A DNA stretch of 64,000 nucleotides, taken from Balanoglossus misakiensis. Lineage: Eukaryota > Animalia > Hemichordata. Below the pieces are notes generated by a model that saw only the letters and a program-made list of their open reading frames with translations, ran no database searches and was not told the origin of the DNA. Positions 61,401-64,000 of this stretch are shown here, one piece after another. The stretch is taken from assembly GCA_040954595.2 (NCBI GenBank), contig CM082576.2, positions 14,573,129-14,637,128 of the forward strand, in the 5' to 3' direction. How positions within the stretch are numbered: position 1 is the first letter of the stretch; each line of letters begins with the position of its first letter. The position numbers and the translations under genes are program-made.

Positions 61401-64000
61401 TGTTCAGACATGTCCAAGTAATAGCTGTTGACAGGCAAAATTGCCACCTGGCAGCTATATTTGATCACATCAAAATATAAATTGACATACATCTATACAT
61501 CATTAGTACATTGTCCTTGTACCAAGTTGGAATGAAATCACTCCAGGAATATCTATGGCTCCAGACAGACACATGGATGGATGGACAGAGAAAATTTTCA
61601 CAAATCCCCAGCAAGATAAATCATACTAAACATAAAACAAATTTACAATGTTGGTTTGCTTGATTTATATTTTCAAATAGCTCAACCATGAAGAGAAAAT
61701 GTGGCAGAAAAAAATGATGATTCAGCACTTTTCCTGACCATTTTATTTAAGTAAAATTACAGCTAAATACTCTGTTTTTTCTTACAATATATCTATCATT
61801 TCTACAGTCAAACAAAATGACTTCCCGCTACAGGAAAATGACACTAATATTTCAATATTACCAATTTCTGTTTGTTTGATATGGCAAGATGAATCATGCA
61901 ATAAAGAGAAATGGTTGTTACGTTACTCAAACATTTCCATGGCAACACAATTTCTTCTATTTGTTTTGCATTTGCATAAGCATATGGTGACATTAATTTC
62001 TTTTCTTAGATGTCTGGCAGTACTTTTTGATGATGACTGGTCTCTTTTTAACAGCGTCTGAAAATTCATATTTCTAAAACATTACGCAAATTGGGTAAAC
62101 CCGGAATTTGAATGCAAAACAGTACGAACACATCCACATGTTTGGAATCGGGAACATCCATAAAGATACGCATATTCCTATGTTCATGTCACCCACATGT
62201 ATTTGTACTGCTAAATCATCCTATCCATAGGTCACTGCATTTAGTCTGTTTGTTACATTTTATTCAAGAGCTAAGGCATGATTTGCTCTATGCACACATT
62301 CACATTCAGAACAGTGTTATCAGACATACATTGACATGGACATATACTGGGTTTGTGTTTGTTCACGCAAATCTTTCCCTTGGAGTTTGAAGTGGACTTA
62401 GAGATACCTGACAAGTATATGCAACTCCTCTTTTGTTAAAGTGAAAAGAGACCTTTGATCATCACAATGCAACATTCTCATCATACTTTTTGGCTTTTCT
62501 GTGACAATTTGAGGGAAAAAAAGCCTCAAGATGATTTTGAAAGTACTACTTGTGAGGTAACTATTGCTACATGTACAAAGAAAATGCCCCAATGCCATTT
62601 CTATCTCTGTCATTTTTTTTTGTGTGTGAATTTGTTTGAAAGGAAGATGCCAGAGTTACAAATGCACAAACTGTTAAGAATAATTATTAATGATGAGCAC
62701 AGTATTTCAACTTCCTTCACAACTGCCAAAAATCCTTGAATGTCAATCAGTGGTATGTGACATATCTGTCAGTATCTACAAATGTATTTTAAGTACGGTA
62801 AACCTTTTTTTAAAGAGCAAATCTCTGCAAAACCCTTGTCCAATATAAGAGAACTATAGTCCAGCATTCTATTCAGTACAGAACATGGCCCCCTCTATCA
62901 CAACACCCAACCATTCTATTTCATGATGTACATTCCTTACCTTCAGGAAGTGACTGTATATAATCCACCATCATGGCTTGGACTTTTTCTCTGTACAAGT
63001 GAATGAGTTTGTTGTGGAATTCCGGTGTTTCATCGCTGCAGCTGAGAATGATGTGTTCCAGATATGGAATGGCCAGATCTTTAGTGCAAGAATTTGCTTC
63101 CAGGTACGCCAAGACTTTGTCTCTTGGCAGACTTTCCACTTCAGGGGTATCCTCTGTAAAGATCTGCCGTAAACAGACAGCAAGCAAATTTATTTCCTGT
63201 CTTATGACATCACTGAAATTACTGTTTTGCACATCTGTATGCTTGGTAACTTTGTATTTTATGCTGTTATTCACACTATTTCATGTACATGGTTCTTGTA
63301 GACTTGTCAAAACTGAACACATTTCATATATTTGTTAATATATATACGAAAAGTTTATTTCATCAATGATTTTATTTACAAGAATTTTCAGTAATAACTA
63401 AAAGAAACTGATCAGTACTAGAGCTTATAAACTTTAGAAACACTTTTTGTACTTGCGTTTGCATTAGAGTGAGAATTGAAGTGTGTATGATCAACCATCT
63501 ACAATGGATAATAAACAAAATCACACATTTCTGAAACTACAATATCTGTGTGGAATACAGCCATGAGCTAAACAGTTTAAGCTTGTGCTATTTCTCATCT
63601 GACAGTCTGACAGGTCCATTTGGAGATTATTTCATACTCTGACATGAAACCATGGAGACAACAATGTTAGAGGTCAAAGGTTGACACGAATGGGATAGTG
63701 TTGTGAGTGAGTGGAAGCAAGCAACACTCTATTGAAAGTTATTTGCTTTAAGCTGTAGCTGGTATTTTGAATGTAAAATAAAAAGGCATGTTTTCGTAAG
63801 ATTAAATCAAAGCAGAGACAACATCACAATTTCAGACGAAAGCAAAAGACAAGAACAAATACAGCAACTCAGTCACTGCGACAACTTACTTTATACTTAG
63901 TATGAATATTCCAAATTTGATTCATCTTACCTTGAGCCCATCTTCAGGATATGCCTTGAGTACCCACAATGCAAAGTCTGATATCAGGTCAAAGTGATCC
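52290..64000 (-). CDS. VPS39: VPS39/Vam6 (HOPS subunit), 3' part, 7 exons, 5'-truncated by the window edge
   Basis: Exons join in frame: WVLKAYPEDGLK-IFTEDTPEVESLPRD, FEERALLLGRLGRHEQALAIYAHIL, C-terminal zinc finger CGVCKKKIGNSAFARYPNGVVVHYYC. Confidence 0.95.
54561..54695 (-). CDS. VPS39: VPS39 exon ALDLLPPSTQV...SLLYSEHLQ
   Basis: AG/GT bounded, 45 codons. Confidence 0.93.
55263..55349. repeat. 21-bp minisatellite, ~4 copies (CCATGGATACAGACTCAGTAG)
   Basis: Three full units plus one 18-bp unit seen directly. Confidence 0.85.
57030..57176 (-). CDS. VPS39: VPS39 exon VYLCLLRMYINPP...KIDTAK
   Basis: AG/GT bounded, 49 codons. Confidence 0.93.
57804..58011. mobile_element. MITE family A copy
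   Basis: Perfect 26-bp TIR CTGTAAAACACTTTATTTTCGCGAGC; internal similarity to 8947-9152. Confidence 0.85.
58056..58204 (-). CDS. VPS39: VPS39 exon FFEERALLLGRLGRHEQAL...EGNKN
   Basis: AG/GT bounded, phase 1-0. Confidence 0.95.
59579..59707 (-). CDS. VPS39: VPS39 exon GQDPAKTGKEPGELGELRSKLLYFLE...FPFD
   Basis: AG/GT bounded, phase 1-1. Confidence 0.93.
60950..61620. repeat. Degraded Helentron-associated (HINE/pearl-like) interspersed repeat; boundaries approximate
   Basis: tgacc/aaggtca motifs, ccaagttt repeats, terminal (GACA)/(GATG) microsatellite. Confidence 0.35.
62941..63163 (-). CDS. VPS39: VPS39 exon IFTEDTPEVESLPRD...SLPE
   Basis: AG/GT bounded, phase 0-1. Confidence 0.95.
63931..64000 (-). 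CDS. VPS39: VPS39 exon (partial): DHFDLISDFALWVLKAYPEDGLK
   Basis: Donor GTAAGA at 63930, phase 0. Confidence 0.9.

Overview
Eukaryotic (invertebrate bilaterian-like, AT-rich, CpG-depleted) genomic DNA with two spliced genes in tandem on the minus strand. (1) A complete conventional beta-spectrin gene: 34 coding exons from 38208 to 3599, 7050 nt, about 2349 aa by my hand splicing, with 2 CH domains, 17 spectrin repeats and a PH domain, plus a probable non-coding first exon and CpG-rich promoter near 46.5-46.9 kb. (2) The last 7 exons of VPS39/Vam6 (64000 to 52290). The introns carry DNA transposons: a 2969-bp Academ-like derivative, an 851-bp Tigger/pogo-like element, several MITE families and an element with a long hairpin resembling Crypton-A. 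The most interesting signals not explained by the ORF track are a candidate 30-nt UGC-flanked microexon in spectrin repeat 5, a candidate alternative first coding exon that mirrors the vertebrate short betaII N-terminus, and the strand-specific DNA-type hairpin. All coordinates were read by eye, and no searches were run.
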